A DNA stretch of 32,000 bases from Candidatus Arthromitus sp. SFB-rat-Yit (GCF_000283555.1 NC_016012.1:1-32000), one strand, 5' to 3'; counted from the first letter of the stretch, positions 12,587 through 23,749 are shown. Made by a program: numbers and translations. Notes: generated from the letters alone by a model not told the origin.

Positions 12587-12627
12587 AAAAAAGGTGCTAT
12601 TTAAATTAAAATAGCACCTTTTTTTGG
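12584..12627. terminator. Intrinsic terminator fused to the CCA end of tRNA-Ser(GCT)
   Basis: CCAAAAAAAGGTGCTATTT / AAATAGCACCTTTTTTTGG: 19-bp stem with a 6-nt loop and an embedded T7 tract. Confidence 0.85.
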
Positions 12628-12753
12628 TATTTTTAAGAAAGATTTTTGGAGTATTAAATTTATATATTTTTATAAAATGAATGTCTTTATGTAATGTTTT
12701 CATATAGGCATTTTATTTTTAACTTAAATTATATTAAATTGGGAGAGTAAGGT

Positions 12754-15700
12754 TTGAAGTTTAAATTTATATTTGGGAAAAAAGGGTATGGAAAGAGTGA
12801 GTACATATTAAATGAAATAAAGAATATTAATGATCGTAAAATTTTAATTATAGTACCTAGTCATAATACGTTTATGATGGAGAATAGGGTTCTTGAATAT
12901 TTAGGGGAGAGTGCATTATCAAAAATTGAGATAATGGATTTTAAGAAACTTACTTTTAAGTTATTAAATATTTTTAAAGCAAAAACAAAAAATAAGATAA
13001 CAAACATAGGAAAGTATTTATTAGTTAATTATTTAATCAGAAATAATTATAATCAATTTCTATATTTTAAGAAAAATAATAGCACCAATTTGTCAGATGA
13101 AATATTATCGATATTAGTAGATTTTAAAAATTTTAATATAGATAAGAATTCTATTAATGATATATTAAATAATTTGAATTCTGATATGGAACTATATAAA
13201 AAAATTAGGGATTTAGATTACATAAATGATTTATATAATGATTATTTAGATAAGAATTATTTGGATTCATTGGATGATATGAAGATAGTAAATGAGATAA
13301 TAAAGGAAAGTGATGAGTTATTTAATTATTATGATATTTACATAGATGGATTTGATATATTTACATATTATCAATATGAATTTTTAAAGATAATTATGGA
13401 TAGATCAAATAAAATAACTATTTCTCTTACATTAGATAAGTTTTCAAATAGTATTATTTACAATGAAATTTTTAAAATAAAGAATAGAATTCGTGAATTG
13501 CTTTTTGATAAAAATTGTTCTGATTATGAAGAAGTGTATTTAATAGATATAGATAAGAGTGAGGATCTTAAATATTTAGATAGAAATTATTTGAAATATG
13601 ATGCTAAGGCTTATGATTATGAGGTTCGGAGTATATTTTTAAATAAATCACTTGATAATTTTTATGAGGTAGAAGAGCTTTGTAAAAAAATTAGATCTCT
13701 AGTTATAAATAAAGGATATAGATATAAAGAAATAGGTGTTGTATGTAGGGATATTGATTCATACGAGAATTTTATAAGAGTTTCTTTTGATGAATTTAAT
13801 ATTCCATATTTTATAGATAAAAAAAATGAGATAACATCAAACGTATTTAGTATTTTTTTGTTTTCTATATTTGAGATTTTTGAGAATAATTTTTCAAATA
13901 ATGCTTTGTTTACATATATAAAGAGTGGTCTTTTAGATTTAAATGATGAGGAGATATTTTTAATAGAAAACTTTGTTCAAGAAAATGGAATATCAAAATA
14001 TAAATGGAAATCTGATTTTATAGATGAAGATTGTGTAAGATATAGAATAGAAGATATGAATAAAGATCACATAGATATAAGTGATATAAATAATATACGA
14101 AAAAAAATTATAAATCCATTAATGAGTTTATTTAATAAAGTTAAGGATAAAAATAGTGTGAACTATTTTATTAAAGAATTTTATGGATTTTTAAAAGAGT
14201 TTGGCTTTTTAGATAAAGTATCACTTATATGTGAAACATTAAAATCAAGAAATGATTTTATTAATGCTAATGAATTAATTCAAATTGTAAATAATGTATT
14301 TGATATTTTAGATGAGATAAATGATATATTTAGAAATGAGGAAATGAGTTTTTCTGAATTTATGAATATATTAATAAATAGCATATCTAAGATTGAAATA
14401 TCTCATGTTCCTATGCGTATGGATGAAATACTTATAGGTGATATTGAAAGATTAAAGATAGGTAATTATAAAGTGCTATTTGTTATAGGGTGTAATTCCA
14501 TAAATTTTCCGAAGAGTTATAAAAAAGAGGATTTAATAAATGATTTAGAAAAAGATTACATAAAAAATTTGGGATTTGAATTTTCAATTACAAATATGGA
14601 GAAGAACTTATCTGAAAATTATTATATATATTCTCTTTTGAATATACCTAAAGATAAAATTTATATCAGTTATTCTATATCAAGCATAGATGGAACATCT
14701 ATGACTCCATCAATTTTGATATCTAAGATTAAAAAGATATTTCCCAAAATAATTGAGGAAAATACGACGATCATAAAAAATGATTTTTCATTAGATAAAA
14801 TGTATTCTATGAATAGTACATTATCTATTTTTATATCAGATTTTAAAAATTGTATTTCAAATGGTAAATTATCTAATATTCAGAGGGATTTATATAATTT
14901 TTATATAAATAATGAGGAATTTAAGTACTTTTTACGGTTTTTTTTGATGAGAATAAGAGGGGAAAATTATAATGATTTACTTGATTTGGATATATTGCAT
15001 CATATATATAAAAATTCAAAATTTTCTATATCATCTATAGAAGTTTATTCTAAGTGTCCATTTAAGTATTTTTTAGATTATATAATAAAAATTAAAACAA
15101 AAAGGTTATTTTCATTTGAAACTTATGATTATGGAAATATAGTTCATTTTTTAATGGAAAATATATGTAAAAACATAATTAAATCTTGTGATTTTTCAAA
15201 TTTATCCAAAGATGAAATTGATAAATTTATAGTTGAATATTTTAACAATGTAATTTTTTCTAATAAAAATAAGAGTTATATTTTAAATAACAATTTTAAA
15301 TTTAAAGCTTTTGCACAAAAAATAAGAAAAATTGTAAGTGATGCTGTATTTTTTACGGGTAGGCATTTAAGTAATACAGAGTTTTTTCATAAGTATTATG
15401 AATTTGAATTTGGAAAAACCAATTCTAAAATAGAATTGGTTTTAAATGATGGAAGAAAAGCTTCATTCGTTGGGAAAATTGATCGTATTGATTTTTGCAA
15501 GAGTAATAATGAGGTATTTATAAATATTATCGATTATAAATCAAGTATTTATGATATAGATTATGGAAAGATATATAATAATTTAAATATACAAACAATT
15601 GCATATATGAATTGTATTATAAGGCTATATAGGGAAAATTATAATATTAATTTAAGTCCGTGTGCTATTTTTTATTTTACTATAAGTAAGCCTGTTATAA

Positions 15701-16134
15701 AAAATAAGAAGGGTATAGATTTAATAAAAGAGATTGGGAAGTATTATAGGTATAGTGGTTTTTTAATTGATGATATTGAAAAAATTAATCTTATTGATAG
15801 GAATGTTTTGAATGGAAATGGGAGCATTGTATCTGTAAAAATAAATAAGAATGGGGAAATAGCTAAGCATAATTCTTCAGATAGTATTTTAACTGAAAAT
15901 GAATTTAATGATATGTTGGAATTTGTGCATAATTCTATTAAAGATAAGATCTTGAAAATTTATGATGGAAATATAGAAGTATGCCCTGTATTAGATGATA
16001 TGGAGCAATCTAAGTGTAGTTATTGTAATTATATTGGAATATGTAAGTTTACAAAACATGAAAATAAATTTAAGATTGTTAATGAATTAGATAAAAGTTC
16101 ATTTTTAAATTTAATACGAAAGGGAAGTAATTAG
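12754..16134 (+). CDS. addB: ATP-dependent helicase/deoxyribonuclease subunit B (AddB)
   Basis: FIFGKKGYGKSEYIL degenerate P-loop, YSKCPFKYFLDY plus C-terminal CSYCNYIGIC (Fe-S cysteines), nuclease motif INIIDYKS, adjacent to addA. TTG start. Confidence 0.95.
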   Translation: MKFKFIFGKKGYGKSEYILNEIKNINDRKILIIVPSHNTFMMENRVLEYLGESALSKIEIMDFKKLTFKLLNIFKAKTKNKITNIGKYLLVNYLIRNNYNQFLYFKKNNSTNLSDEILSILVDFKNFNIDKNSINDILNNLNSDMELYKKIRDLDYINDLYNDYLDKNYLDSLDDMKIVNEIIKESDELFNYYDIYIDGFDIFTYYQYEFLKIIMDRSNKITISLTLDKFSNSIIYNEIFKIKNRIRELLFDKNCSDYEEVYLIDIDKSEDLKYLDRNYLKYDAKAYDYEVRSIFLNKSLDNFYEVEELCKKIRSLVINKGYRYKEIGVVCRDIDSYENFIRVSFDEFNIPYFIDKKNEITSNVFSIFLFSIFEIFENNFSNNALFTYIKSGLLDLNDEEIFLIENFVQENGISKYKWKSDFIDEDCVRYRIEDMNKDHIDISDINNIRKKIINPLMSLFNKVKDKNSVNYFIKEFYGFLKEFGFLDKVSLICETLKSRNDFINANELIQIVNNVFDILDEINDIFRNEEMSFSEFMNILINSISKIEISHVPMRMDEILIGDIERLKIGNYKVLFVIGCNSINFPKSYKKEDLINDLEKDYIKNLGFEFSITNMEKNLSENYYIYSLLNIPKDKIYISYSISSIDGTSMTPSILISKIKKIFPKIIEENTTIIKNDFSLDKMYSMNSTLSIFISDFKNCISNGKLSNIQRDLYNFYINNEEFKYFLRFFLMRIRGENYNDLLDLDILHHIYKNSKFSISSIEVYSKCPFKYFLDYIIKIKTKRLFSFETYDYGNIVHFLMENICKNIIKSCDFSNLSKDEIDKFIVEYFNNVIFSNKNKSYILNNNFKFKAFAQKIRKIVSDAVFFTGRHLSNTEFFHKYYEFEFGKTNSKIELVLNDGRKASFVGKIDRIDFCKSNNEVFINIIDYKSSIYDIDYGKIYNNLNIQTIAYMNCIIRLYRENYNINLSPCAIFYFTISKPVIKNKKGIDLIKEIGKYYRYSGFLIDDIEKINLIDRNVLNGNGSIVSVKINKNGEIAKHNSSDSILTENEFNDMLEFVHNSIKDKILKIYDGNIEVCPVLDDMEQSKCSYCNYIGICKFTKHENKFKIVNELDKSSFLNLIRKGSN

Positions 16135-19100
16135 TGAATTTTAGTAAAAATCAGAAAAATGTTATTGAGTTAATTAATGGAGATTTGCTCGTGGCAGCAT
16201 CAGCAGGATCAGGTAAAACAGCGGTTTTAGTTCAAAGGATAATAAATTTAATATTAAATTACAATGTATCTATGAATGAAATTTTAGTAATTACATTTAC
16301 AAATGCTGCAGCAGCTGAAATGAAGGATAGGATTGTAAAAGCTTTAGAAGAGAGTATAAATGATGAAAATAAATACATATTAGAAGCACAACTAATGATG
16401 ATAAATAATTGTAATATTCAAACTTTTCACTCTTTTTGTTTAGATATTTTAAAAAATAATTATTACAAATTAAATTTGGGGTCAAATTTTAAAATAGTTA
16501 AAGATAGTCAAAGAAAGATGATGATCGAAAATGCACTTGATGATACATTTGATTTTTATTATGAAAATGAGGACAAGGAGTTTTTAAATATTGTAAATAT
16601 ATATGGTGGAAAATATTCAGACTCAAAACTTAGAGAGATAATTATATCTATTTATAAATTTATACAAAATATGGTTGATTGTGATGAATTTATTAAAAGA
16701 AGTATAAGCGTGTATGAACTAAAAAATAATGAAGATGTATTTTCAAGTGAAATAGGTAAGGTGCTACGTTCAAGGTTAATAGAAAAAAGTATATTTTATA
16801 AAGAACAATTAAGCGATTTTATGATAGGAATACCGAGTGATGAAAAAATTTATAACGTTATAGAGAATGATATATCTATAATTGATTCACTTTTAGATAA
16901 AATAAATTCTTGCTATGAAGATGTATACAATTATATTCATAATATTAAATTTTTGAGACTTCCTAAATTAAGTGAGTATTATAAGGAAATAAGGGGAGGA
17001 TTAAAAGATTTTATAGAGTCATTAAAGAAAAGTATATTTATTGTGGATGAGGATGCTTTAAAATTACAAATAAGTGATGTGAAAAATATAGTCATCAAGT
17101 TATTTGAAGTTGTGTGTGATTTTAGGGATAAGTTTTTATCTAAAAAATTATCTAAAGATTTTATAGATTTCAATGATATGGAGCATTTAACGATTAAACT
17201 TTTAAATGACTCAACTATATGTAATTATTATAAAAATAAATTTAAGTATATTTTTATAGATGAATATCAAGATACGAATTACATACAAGAATACATAATT
17301 AATAAAATAAAAAGTGATCATAATGTATTTATGGTAGGAGATATCAAGCAAAGTATTTATGGATTTAGGGGTGCAAAGGTAGATTTGTTTAATAAAAAAT
17401 ATACTAATTTCAAAAAGGTAGATGATATAACTTATATAGATACAAATGAAAACAAGATATTATTGTATGATAATTATAGAAGTAGGAATGAAGTAATTAA
17501 TTTTATTAATTTTATATTTAAAAATATTATGGTAAAAGGTATAAGCAATATAGAGTATACACCTGAGGAGTACCTAAATTGTTCGAGTAATTATGAAACT
17601 ATAAAAAATGAGAATGAAAATTTTGAAGGAGAGGTTACTCTTTCAATTATAGTAAATGATGATGAAGATTCAGAAAAAAATGTAGAAGCAGATGAGATAG
17701 AGTGCAATTTAATTATTGATTATATAAATAAGCTTATTAATTCTGAAGATAAGGTATATAAAATTTATGATAAAAACATTAATACATATAGAAAAGTTGA
17801 GTATAGAGATATTGTAATTTTGATAAGGAATATAAATGGTTCTTATATATCAAAATTATTACATGAAAAGCTTAAGGAATGTGATATACCTTCATATTTT
17901 GATGGAGGAAGTCAATTTTTTGATCGTATTGAAGTGATAACAGTAATGAGTTTACTTAAAATCATTAATAATCCAATTGATGATGTTGATATACTTACAG
18001 TTCTTAAGAGTGAGATATTTAATTTTTCAAATAATGATTTGGTTTATATAAGGTATATAAATAATAACGATTATTTATATAACAATATTAAATATATTTT
18101 AAGTTTAAATTTTGGACATGAAGATAAGGTGTTTTTAAATGATGGATTTTCAATAACTTATGATAAATTTAAAACTCTTTATGATAAGTGTATGTTTTTT
18201 TTAAACAAGATAAATGAATATAGAGAGAAGTCTTTGTTTATGAAAATTGATGAGTTTATTTGGTTTATATATAAAGATAGCAAGTATTATTTTTTGTTAT
18301 CTAGTATGGAAGATGGATTAGATAAGCAAGCTAATTTAAGAATTATATTTAATAAAGCAAAAGAATTTAGATCATCAAGCTTTTCTGGATTATTTAATTT
18401 TATAGAGTATTTGAATTATTCAAATAAGGTTGGGGATGATACGCTTGTTCCTAAAAATATATCTGAAAATGAGAATGTTGTACGTATAATGAGTGTTCAT
18501 AAAAGTAAGGGACTTGAATTTCCTATTGTAATACTTTGTAATACATCAGGGAGGTTTAATTTTAAAGATTTAATGTCATCTATGATATTGCATGATGATT
18601 TTGGAATTGGATTAAATCATATGGATTATAATTTGAATTTAGAAACAGAATTATTTATGAAAAATATCATGAAAGAAGATCATAAATACAAAATTATTTC
18701 AGAAGAACTTAGAATATTGTATGTAGCTTTGACAAGAGCTAAGGAAAAATTATTTATAACAGGTACATATAATTCAGATAAGGATTTTAAAAGGGTAGAG
18801 GATATTCATAAATGCAGGAGTTATTTGGATTTTTTGTGCAATTCACTTATGAAACATAAAGATGGAGAGGTTATTTTAAATTATCCTTGTAATGTATTAT
18901 CTTATAACGATTTAAATGAGAGGAAATTTAAAATTAATATATACAATAGAACAAACTTTACTAAGCACAAGAAGAATGAAAATGTAGATAAAAATATAAA
19001 ATTAGAGGATATTATAAATGAGGATTCATCTAGTTATGATTACATAAATGATATTTTTAATTTTAAGTATGATTATGATGATGCAATTAATATGCCAATT

Positions 19101-19718
19101 AATTTATCTGTATCTGAGATATTATCATATGATGAGGAAGGGCGATTGAATATAAATTTTAAGGTTCCTAAATTTATTGATGATATCAAGAATGAAGAGG
19201 TATATACATCTTTGGACATAGGAAATTTATATCATTTTTTTATGCAAAACATATCTTTAAAATCAAATATAGATTATGAGTATTTAGAGAGTGAAGTAAA
19301 TCGTATGCTTGATTCTGAAATGATTTCTTTTGAAGATGTTAAGTATTTAAATATACATAAAGTATTGAAATTTTTTGAAAGTAATTTGGGAAAAAGAGTT
19401 ATAGAGTGTTTTAATAAAAATAGAGAAAATGTTTATAGAGAATTTGAATTTTTGATGAATCATAGGATAGATAAAATAAATGAAAATAATGATTTAAGAA
19501 TTCAAGGCATAATTGATTTGTTTTTCTTTGATGGGGATAAAATAGTTTTAGTTGATTATAAAACAGATAAAAATATATTTAATGATAACAAAGTTATTCC
19601 AAATAGATATAAGGAACAACTTTATTATTATAAAATTGCACTTAATAAAATATTTAATGTAGATGTTTCTGAAAGTTATATTTATTCTTTTGAGAACAAT
19701 AAGGCTTTCAAGGTTTAA
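16134..19718 (+). CDS. addA: ATP-dependent helicase/nuclease subunit A (AddA)
   Basis: AASAGSGKTAVLVQRI, YIFIDEYQDTN, VGDIKQSIYGFRGA, VMSVHKSKGLEFPIVI, LYVALTRAKEKL, LVDYKTDK. GTG start overlaps the addB stop by 1 nt. Confidence 0.97.
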   Translation: MNFSKNQKNVIELINGDLLVAASAGSGKTAVLVQRIINLILNYNVSMNEILVITFTNAAAAEMKDRIVKALEESINDENKYILEAQLMMINNCNIQTFHSFCLDILKNNYYKLNLGSNFKIVKDSQRKMMIENALDDTFDFYYENEDKEFLNIVNIYGGKYSDSKLREIIISIYKFIQNMVDCDEFIKRSISVYELKNNEDVFSSEIGKVLRSRLIEKSIFYKEQLSDFMIGIPSDEKIYNVIENDISIIDSLLDKINSCYEDVYNYIHNIKFLRLPKLSEYYKEIRGGLKDFIESLKKSIFIVDEDALKLQISDVKNIVIKLFEVVCDFRDKFLSKKLSKDFIDFNDMEHLTIKLLNDSTICNYYKNKFKYIFIDEYQDTNYIQEYIINKIKSDHNVFMVGDIKQSIYGFRGAKVDLFNKKYTNFKKVDDITYIDTNENKILLYDNYRSRNEVINFINFIFKNIMVKGISNIEYTPEEYLNCSSNYETIKNENENFEGEVTLSIIVNDDEDSEKNVEADEIECNLIIDYINKLINSEDKVYKIYDKNINTYRKVEYRDIVILIRNINGSYISKLLHEKLKECDIPSYFDGGSQFFDRIEVITVMSLLKIINNPIDDVDILTVLKSEIFNFSNNDLVYIRYINNNDYLYNNIKYILSLNFGHEDKVFLNDGFSITYDKFKTLYDKCMFFLNKINEYREKSLFMKIDEFIWFIYKDSKYYFLLSSMEDGLDKQANLRIIFNKAKEFRSSSFSGLFNFIEYLNYSNKVGDDTLVPKNISENENVVRIMSVHKSKGLEFPIVILCNTSGRFNFKDLMSSMILHDDFGIGLNHMDYNLNLETELFMKNIMKEDHKYKIISEELRILYVALTRAKEKLFITGTYNSDKDFKRVEDIHKCRSYLDFLCNSLMKHKDGEVILNYPCNVLSYNDLNERKFKINIYNRTNFTKHKKNENVDKNIKLEDIINEDSSSYDYINDIFNFKYDYDDAINMPINLSVSEILSYDEEGRLNINFKVPKFIDDIKNEEVYTSLDIGNLYHFFMQNISLKSNIDYEYLESEVNRMLDSEMISFEDVKYLNIHKVLKFFESNLGKRVIECFNKNRENVYREFEFLMNHRIDKINENNDLRIQGIIDLFFFDGDKIVLVDYKTDKNIFNDNKVIPNRYKEQLYYYKIALNKIFNVDVSESYIYSFENNKAFKV

Positions 19719-20880
19719 AATTGTTTATTAAATGTTTTAGAGTTTTATATTTATTTAAGCTTGGTTTAATATGAAGAAGTGTTATTAGGTAGTTATTGTA
19801 CTTAATAACATCTTTTTTGTTTTTTACAAAGTTTTGGGTATTTATAGCTATATGTTTAAATTTTAATGGTTCATATCCCCAAAGTAATTTATAGAATTTT
19901 TTGGATATATTTTTATCTATGTAGTTAGATAGAATGAGGATTATGTTTAGAGATGTTTTGTAACTTTCTTTTTGAACCATTTTTTTGATAAAGATTTTAT
20001 CGTTTTTAAAAATTTTTATATAGCTGTGTATTTTTTTTACCTCATTTAAGTTCTTTTTGTTTATGGTAAAATTATTTTTTAACACATGAAATATAAGATT
20101 ATCTTGTATATTTGAATGAAAGTACAATATACAAAATAATTTTATATGAAAATCATTTAATGAAGATATTAATGAGTATATATCAAATAATTTTATATTT
20201 TCATTTATAATAAGTGAGAAGAAATTAAGTGAGTTAAGTAAGTGAATAGATTTTATAAAGTTTGAATCATTTAATATTTTTTTAAATTCTTCAAGTATTT
20301 TCTGATTAGATAATTTTGTAATTAGGTTAAAGTCATGTTTAAGAGCAAGTAGAGTTTTAAATTCTATATTAAAATTTAGTTTTGATTTAAATCTAATGCA
20401 CCTTAGCATTCTTAGAGGATCTTCTTTAAACCTTACATTATGATCCCCAATTAATCTAATTAGTTTATTTTTTATGTCATGTATTCCAGAATTTGGATCT
20501 ATTAGTTTATTTCCATCATAGTAAATTGAATTGATTGTAAAATCACGCCTTAATGAATCAATTTGAGGAGAGTCTATAAATTCTATATGATTTGCATGCC
20601 TAAAATCCAAATAATCTTTTTCAATTCTAAGTGTTGTTATTTCAAACCAATCTCCTTTAAAGTAAATTTTTATACATCCAAATCGTTCCCCTATATCTAT
20701 ATGTTTTTTAAATATTGATTTTATATGTTTTGGGTGGGCATTTGTGCATAAATCAACTTCACAAACTTTTATATTTACTAAATAATTTCTTATAGCACCC
20801 CCTACAACGTAACATTTAAAATTATTTTTACTAAATATATTAATTAGTTCCTTTACTTTGTAATTAAAAAATTTTTTCAT
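19708..20880 (-). CDS. cca: CCA tRNA nucleotidyltransferase / poly(A) polymerase family
   Basis: CYVVGGAIRNYLVNIKVCEVDLCTNAHP, LRRDFTINSIYYDG, RFKEDPLRMLRCIRFKSKLNF. Confidence 0.9.
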   Translation of the reverse strand: MKKFFNYKVKELINIFSKNNFKCYVVGGAIRNYLVNIKVCEVDLCTNAHPKHIKSIFKKHIDIGERFGCIKIYFKGDWFEITTLRIEKDYLDFRHANHIEFIDSPQIDSLRRDFTINSIYYDGNKLIDPNSGIHDIKNKLIRLIGDHNVRFKEDPLRMLRCIRFKSKLNFNIEFKTLLALKHDFNLITKLSNQKILEEFKKILNDSNFIKSIHLLNSLNFFSLIINENIKLFDIYSLISSLNDFHIKLFCILYFHSNIQDNLIFHVLKNNFTINKKNLNEVKKIHSYIKIFKNDKIFIKKMVQKESYKTSLNIILILSNYIDKNISKKFYKLLWGYEPLKFKHIAINTQNFVKNKKDVIKYNNYLITLLHIKPSLNKYKTLKHLINNFKP

Positions 20881-20962
20881 AATATTATATTAATTTTTAA
20901 AACCTTCCATTTTTATATAAAATACTTTAATATAATAATATTATAAAAAATCGAGGTGTTAA

Positions 20963-21931
20963 ATGAAAGATCATATAAATATAAAGGATTTTAAATTAGG
21001 GCAGAGAATTCAGGGAGTATACCTTATTAGAAGTATAAATGTAAAACTTACAAATTCTAGTAACAAAAAGTATTTAGATATTAATTTTTCAGATAAAACA
21101 GGGAATATTAATGCTAAACTTTGGGATTTGAAAGATGATTATAATAATGAATTTAAAGAAAATAGTTTAGTTAGAGTAAAAGGATGTGTTTTAAGTTGGC
21201 AAGGTGTTATGCAACTTAAAATTGAGAATTTATCAAATGATTTTGAAAGAGAAGATGTGAATATTGATGACTATGTACAATGTGCTCCTATGGATTCAAA
21301 CTATATGTTTGATGAACTTTATAATTTAATATCTTTATTTAAACAAAAGGAAATAAAACTTGTTTTATTATCCGTACTCGATATAAAAAAGGATAAACTT
21401 TTATATTATCCAGCAGCTAAAAGTAATCATCATTCAATAAAAGGAGGACTTTTATATCACATATTAAGTATGATAAAACTCGGTGAGGGTATGTGCTCAC
21501 TTTATCCTTTTGTTAACAAAGAGTTATTGTTTGCAGGAATAGTACTTCATGATATTGAAAAAACTGAGGAGATGGATTCAAATGAATTAGGAATAGTTAG
21601 TACATATACAGCAGAGGGTCAAATGCTTTCACATTTAATACAGGGAATAACACTTGTAGATAGGGTTTGTAATAATTTAAATATATCTAGTGAGGTTAGA
21701 ATGTTACTTCAGCATATGATATTGTCACATCATTATGAACCTGAATATGGAAGTCCTATAAAACCTATGATAATTGAAGCAGAACTTTTGCATTATATAG
21801 ATGTCATAGATGCAAGGATGTATGATATGAAAAAGATTATAGATAATATAAATGAGGGAGATTTTTCAGATAGGATATTCTCTTTAAATAGTCGGAGGAT
21901 ATATAAACCTAGGAAATTATTAGAGGAGTAG
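20963..21931 (+). CDS. OB-fold plus HD-domain 3'-5' exoribonuclease, YhaM-like
   Basis: KTGNINAKLWD...VRVKGCVLSWQGVMQLKIENL (OB fold), HHSIKGGLLYHILSM...GIVLHDIEKT...HHYEPEYGSPIKP...DARMYDM. Confidence 0.88.
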   Translation: MKDHINIKDFKLGQRIQGVYLIRSINVKLTNSSNKKYLDINFSDKTGNINAKLWDLKDDYNNEFKENSLVRVKGCVLSWQGVMQLKIENLSNDFEREDVNIDDYVQCAPMDSNYMFDELYNLISLFKQKEIKLVLLSVLDIKKDKLLYYPAAKSNHHSIKGGLLYHILSMIKLGEGMCSLYPFVNKELLFAGIVLHDIEKTEEMDSNELGIVSTYTAEGQMLSHLIQGITLVDRVCNNLNISSEVRMLLQHMILSHHYEPEYGSPIKPMIIEAELLHYIDVIDARMYDMKKIIDNINEGDFSDRIFSLNSRRIYKPRKLLEE

Positions 21932-21934
21932 ATT

Positions 21935-22774
21935 ATGAAAAAAGAAGATAGTTTTTTAAGTACTCTGTATATTTCTACGTTTGATTTTAAGAAGTATACA
22001 GTATTTTTGGGTATGAAACCTTCTAAAGTGGTTTTAAATAGAATTATATTTGTGTTATGCATAAGCATATTTTATTTTATATCTTTTCATAAAAATATAA
22101 AGCAGGTTGAGGAATTTAATGCAACTAAGCAATCGATATTTGAGGATATTAGTTATGCAAATGGAAGTTTAAATATAAAAAATTCGCCTGTGACTTTTAA
22201 ATCAAGTGTATTTAAGGATAATAGTTTTCTTTTAGTTGGGGATACAAGAGATGAATTTAATATAAATAATGTTAGTGATTATAGTTATCATAGGGATGCT
22301 ATAGTTTTAACAAAAGATTATATGATAGTTAAAAGCAGACTTCGAGAAACTACATTTAAATATTCAGACTTTGAAGCGTTAGGTATAATACCAAAAGATA
22401 TGGCTATAAATAAAGATATGTTTTTTAGTTTGATTGATATTGGAACAAAAATCTTAAAGTATATATCATACGTAATTTTTCCTCTAAGTAAGATTTTTGA
22501 TTATTTTTTGTATGGATTTATTATTTCATTATTTGCGTTTTTATGTGGATATATAATAAGGTTTAGAGCAAGTTTTGGAAGTATTTATAAAATGATTTTA
22601 TTTGCCCAAACACTACCTTATTTGATTATTTCTATCTTTGATATAATTAGTGAAATAAATGGAATTAAAGTTATATTTCCACTACATATTTTAGAGATAT
22701 TAACTTTGTTTATATTTTTAAGGAGTACATACTTAATAAAGAAAGATGCTTTAACAAAGTATCTCAAAAAATAA
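21935..22774 (+). CDS. DUF1189-like multi-pass membrane protein
   Basis: MKKEDSFLSTLYISTFDFKKY, four or more hydrophobic segments, immediately downstream of the YhaM-like gene. Confidence 0.6.
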   Translation: MKKEDSFLSTLYISTFDFKKYTVFLGMKPSKVVLNRIIFVLCISIFYFISFHKNIKQVEEFNATKQSIFEDISYANGSLNIKNSPVTFKSSVFKDNSFLLVGDTRDEFNINNVSDYSYHRDAIVLTKDYMIVKSRLRETTFKYSDFEALGIIPKDMAINKDMFFSLIDIGTKILKYISYVIFPLSKIFDYFLYGFIISLFAFLCGYIIRFRASFGSIYKMILFAQTLPYLIISIFDIISEINGIKVIFPLHILEILTLFIFLRSTYLIKKDALTKYLKK

Positions 22775-22789
22775 TAATAAATAATTTAA

Positions 22790-22818
22790 TTGAAAAACAT
22801 AATAAGTTTTGATATAAT
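22790..22818 (+). promoter_or_regulatory. Promoter for tRNA-Arg
   Basis: TTGAAA, 17-bp spacer, TATAAT, 11 bp upstream of the tRNA. Confidence 0.75.
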
Positions 22819-22829
22819 CAAATTATTGT

Positions 22830-22906
22830 GCACAGGTAGCTCAGTTGGATAGAGTAGCTGGCTACGAACCAGTTGGTCGGGGGTTCGAATCCTCTCCTGT
22901 GTGCCA
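22830..22906 (+). tRNA. tRNA-Arg(ACG)
   Basis: GCACAGGTAGCTCAG...GCTGG CTACGAA CCAGT...GGTTCGAATCC...CCTGTGTGCCA. Confidence 0.95.
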
Positions 22907-23051
22907 TAGTATACCATCTATTGATGAAGTTATTTTATCAGTAGGTGGTTTTTTAATATATAAATGTTAAGGAGATATTTAAATTGTCAAAATGATAGCT
23001 CAGAAAATATAGTATTAAAATTATATTTTAAAATTTTAGGAGGATAAAATT

Positions 23052-23477
23052 ATGGTAAAACCTTTTATAACGTTTAAAGGAAATGCAAATGAGGCTATTA
23101 ACTTCTATGAGGAGGTATTTAATGGCACAGATAAGAAGGTAATGTATTACGGAGATATGCCAAGTGATCCTGAGTTTAAAATAGATGAGAATAAAAAGAA
23201 TTGGGTGCTTCATGGAACGCTTAATATTTGTGGATCAGAGATTATGTTTTCTGATACAGATGAGAGTTTACATAATGAAAATACTTTTAACCCTTCTTGT
23301 ATGATTTCTATTGCTGTTGATTTTAAAAGTGAAGATGAGATACGTTCAGCTTATGAAAAGCTTAAAGAGGGTGGATATGTTATGATGGAGCTTTCTCCTC
23401 AATTTTTTGCAGGACTCTATGCTTGGGTTTCTGACAAATTTGGGGTAACTTGGCAAATGACATATAGTACTCATTAA
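23052..23477 (+). CDS. VOC-superfamily (PhnB/glyoxalase-like) protein
   Basis: PFITFKGNANEAINFYEEVFNG...MYYGDMP...LNICGSEIMFSD...YAWVSDKFGVTWQM. AGGAGG RBS upstream. Confidence 0.88.
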   Translation: MVKPFITFKGNANEAINFYEEVFNGTDKKVMYYGDMPSDPEFKIDENKKNWVLHGTLNICGSEIMFSDTDESLHNENTFNPSCMISIAVDFKSEDEIRSAYEKLKEGGYVMMELSPQFFAGLYAWVSDKFGVTWQMTYSTH

Positions 23478-23749
23478 TGATATTTGTAGGAAGATATGTC
23501 TAAAAAGAGGGGTAAAAATAATACAGCTTATACAGTCGAAAATGGCGAGATCGATGATTGTCTTATGTTCACTCTCGACATAGCACTGCGCAATCTTGCT
23601 ATCGTTGACTTTCGTTTTTTACGTCAGATAATCTATGGTGTAGGTTTTTTGCAGAGGGTCATCGACTTTGTACTTATCGTTTGGAATTATCTGCTTGATC
23701 GTCGTGGTGTTACACTTTGGCTTGTTTACCGGTGACGCCAATCGGATGA

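Noticed and set aside
12506-12703. 65-aa plus-strand ORF containing RRKRDSNPRTSFLAYTLSRGASL-like text
   Set aside because: The frame shown runs over tRNA-Ser(GCT) and its terminator. It is the familiar spurious translation over a tRNA-Ser, not a protein.
23496-23735. 79-aa ORF after the VOC gene
   Set aside because: It has a weak start context and no recognisable motif, and it overlaps the degenerate zone near the response-regulator fossil. It may be chance.
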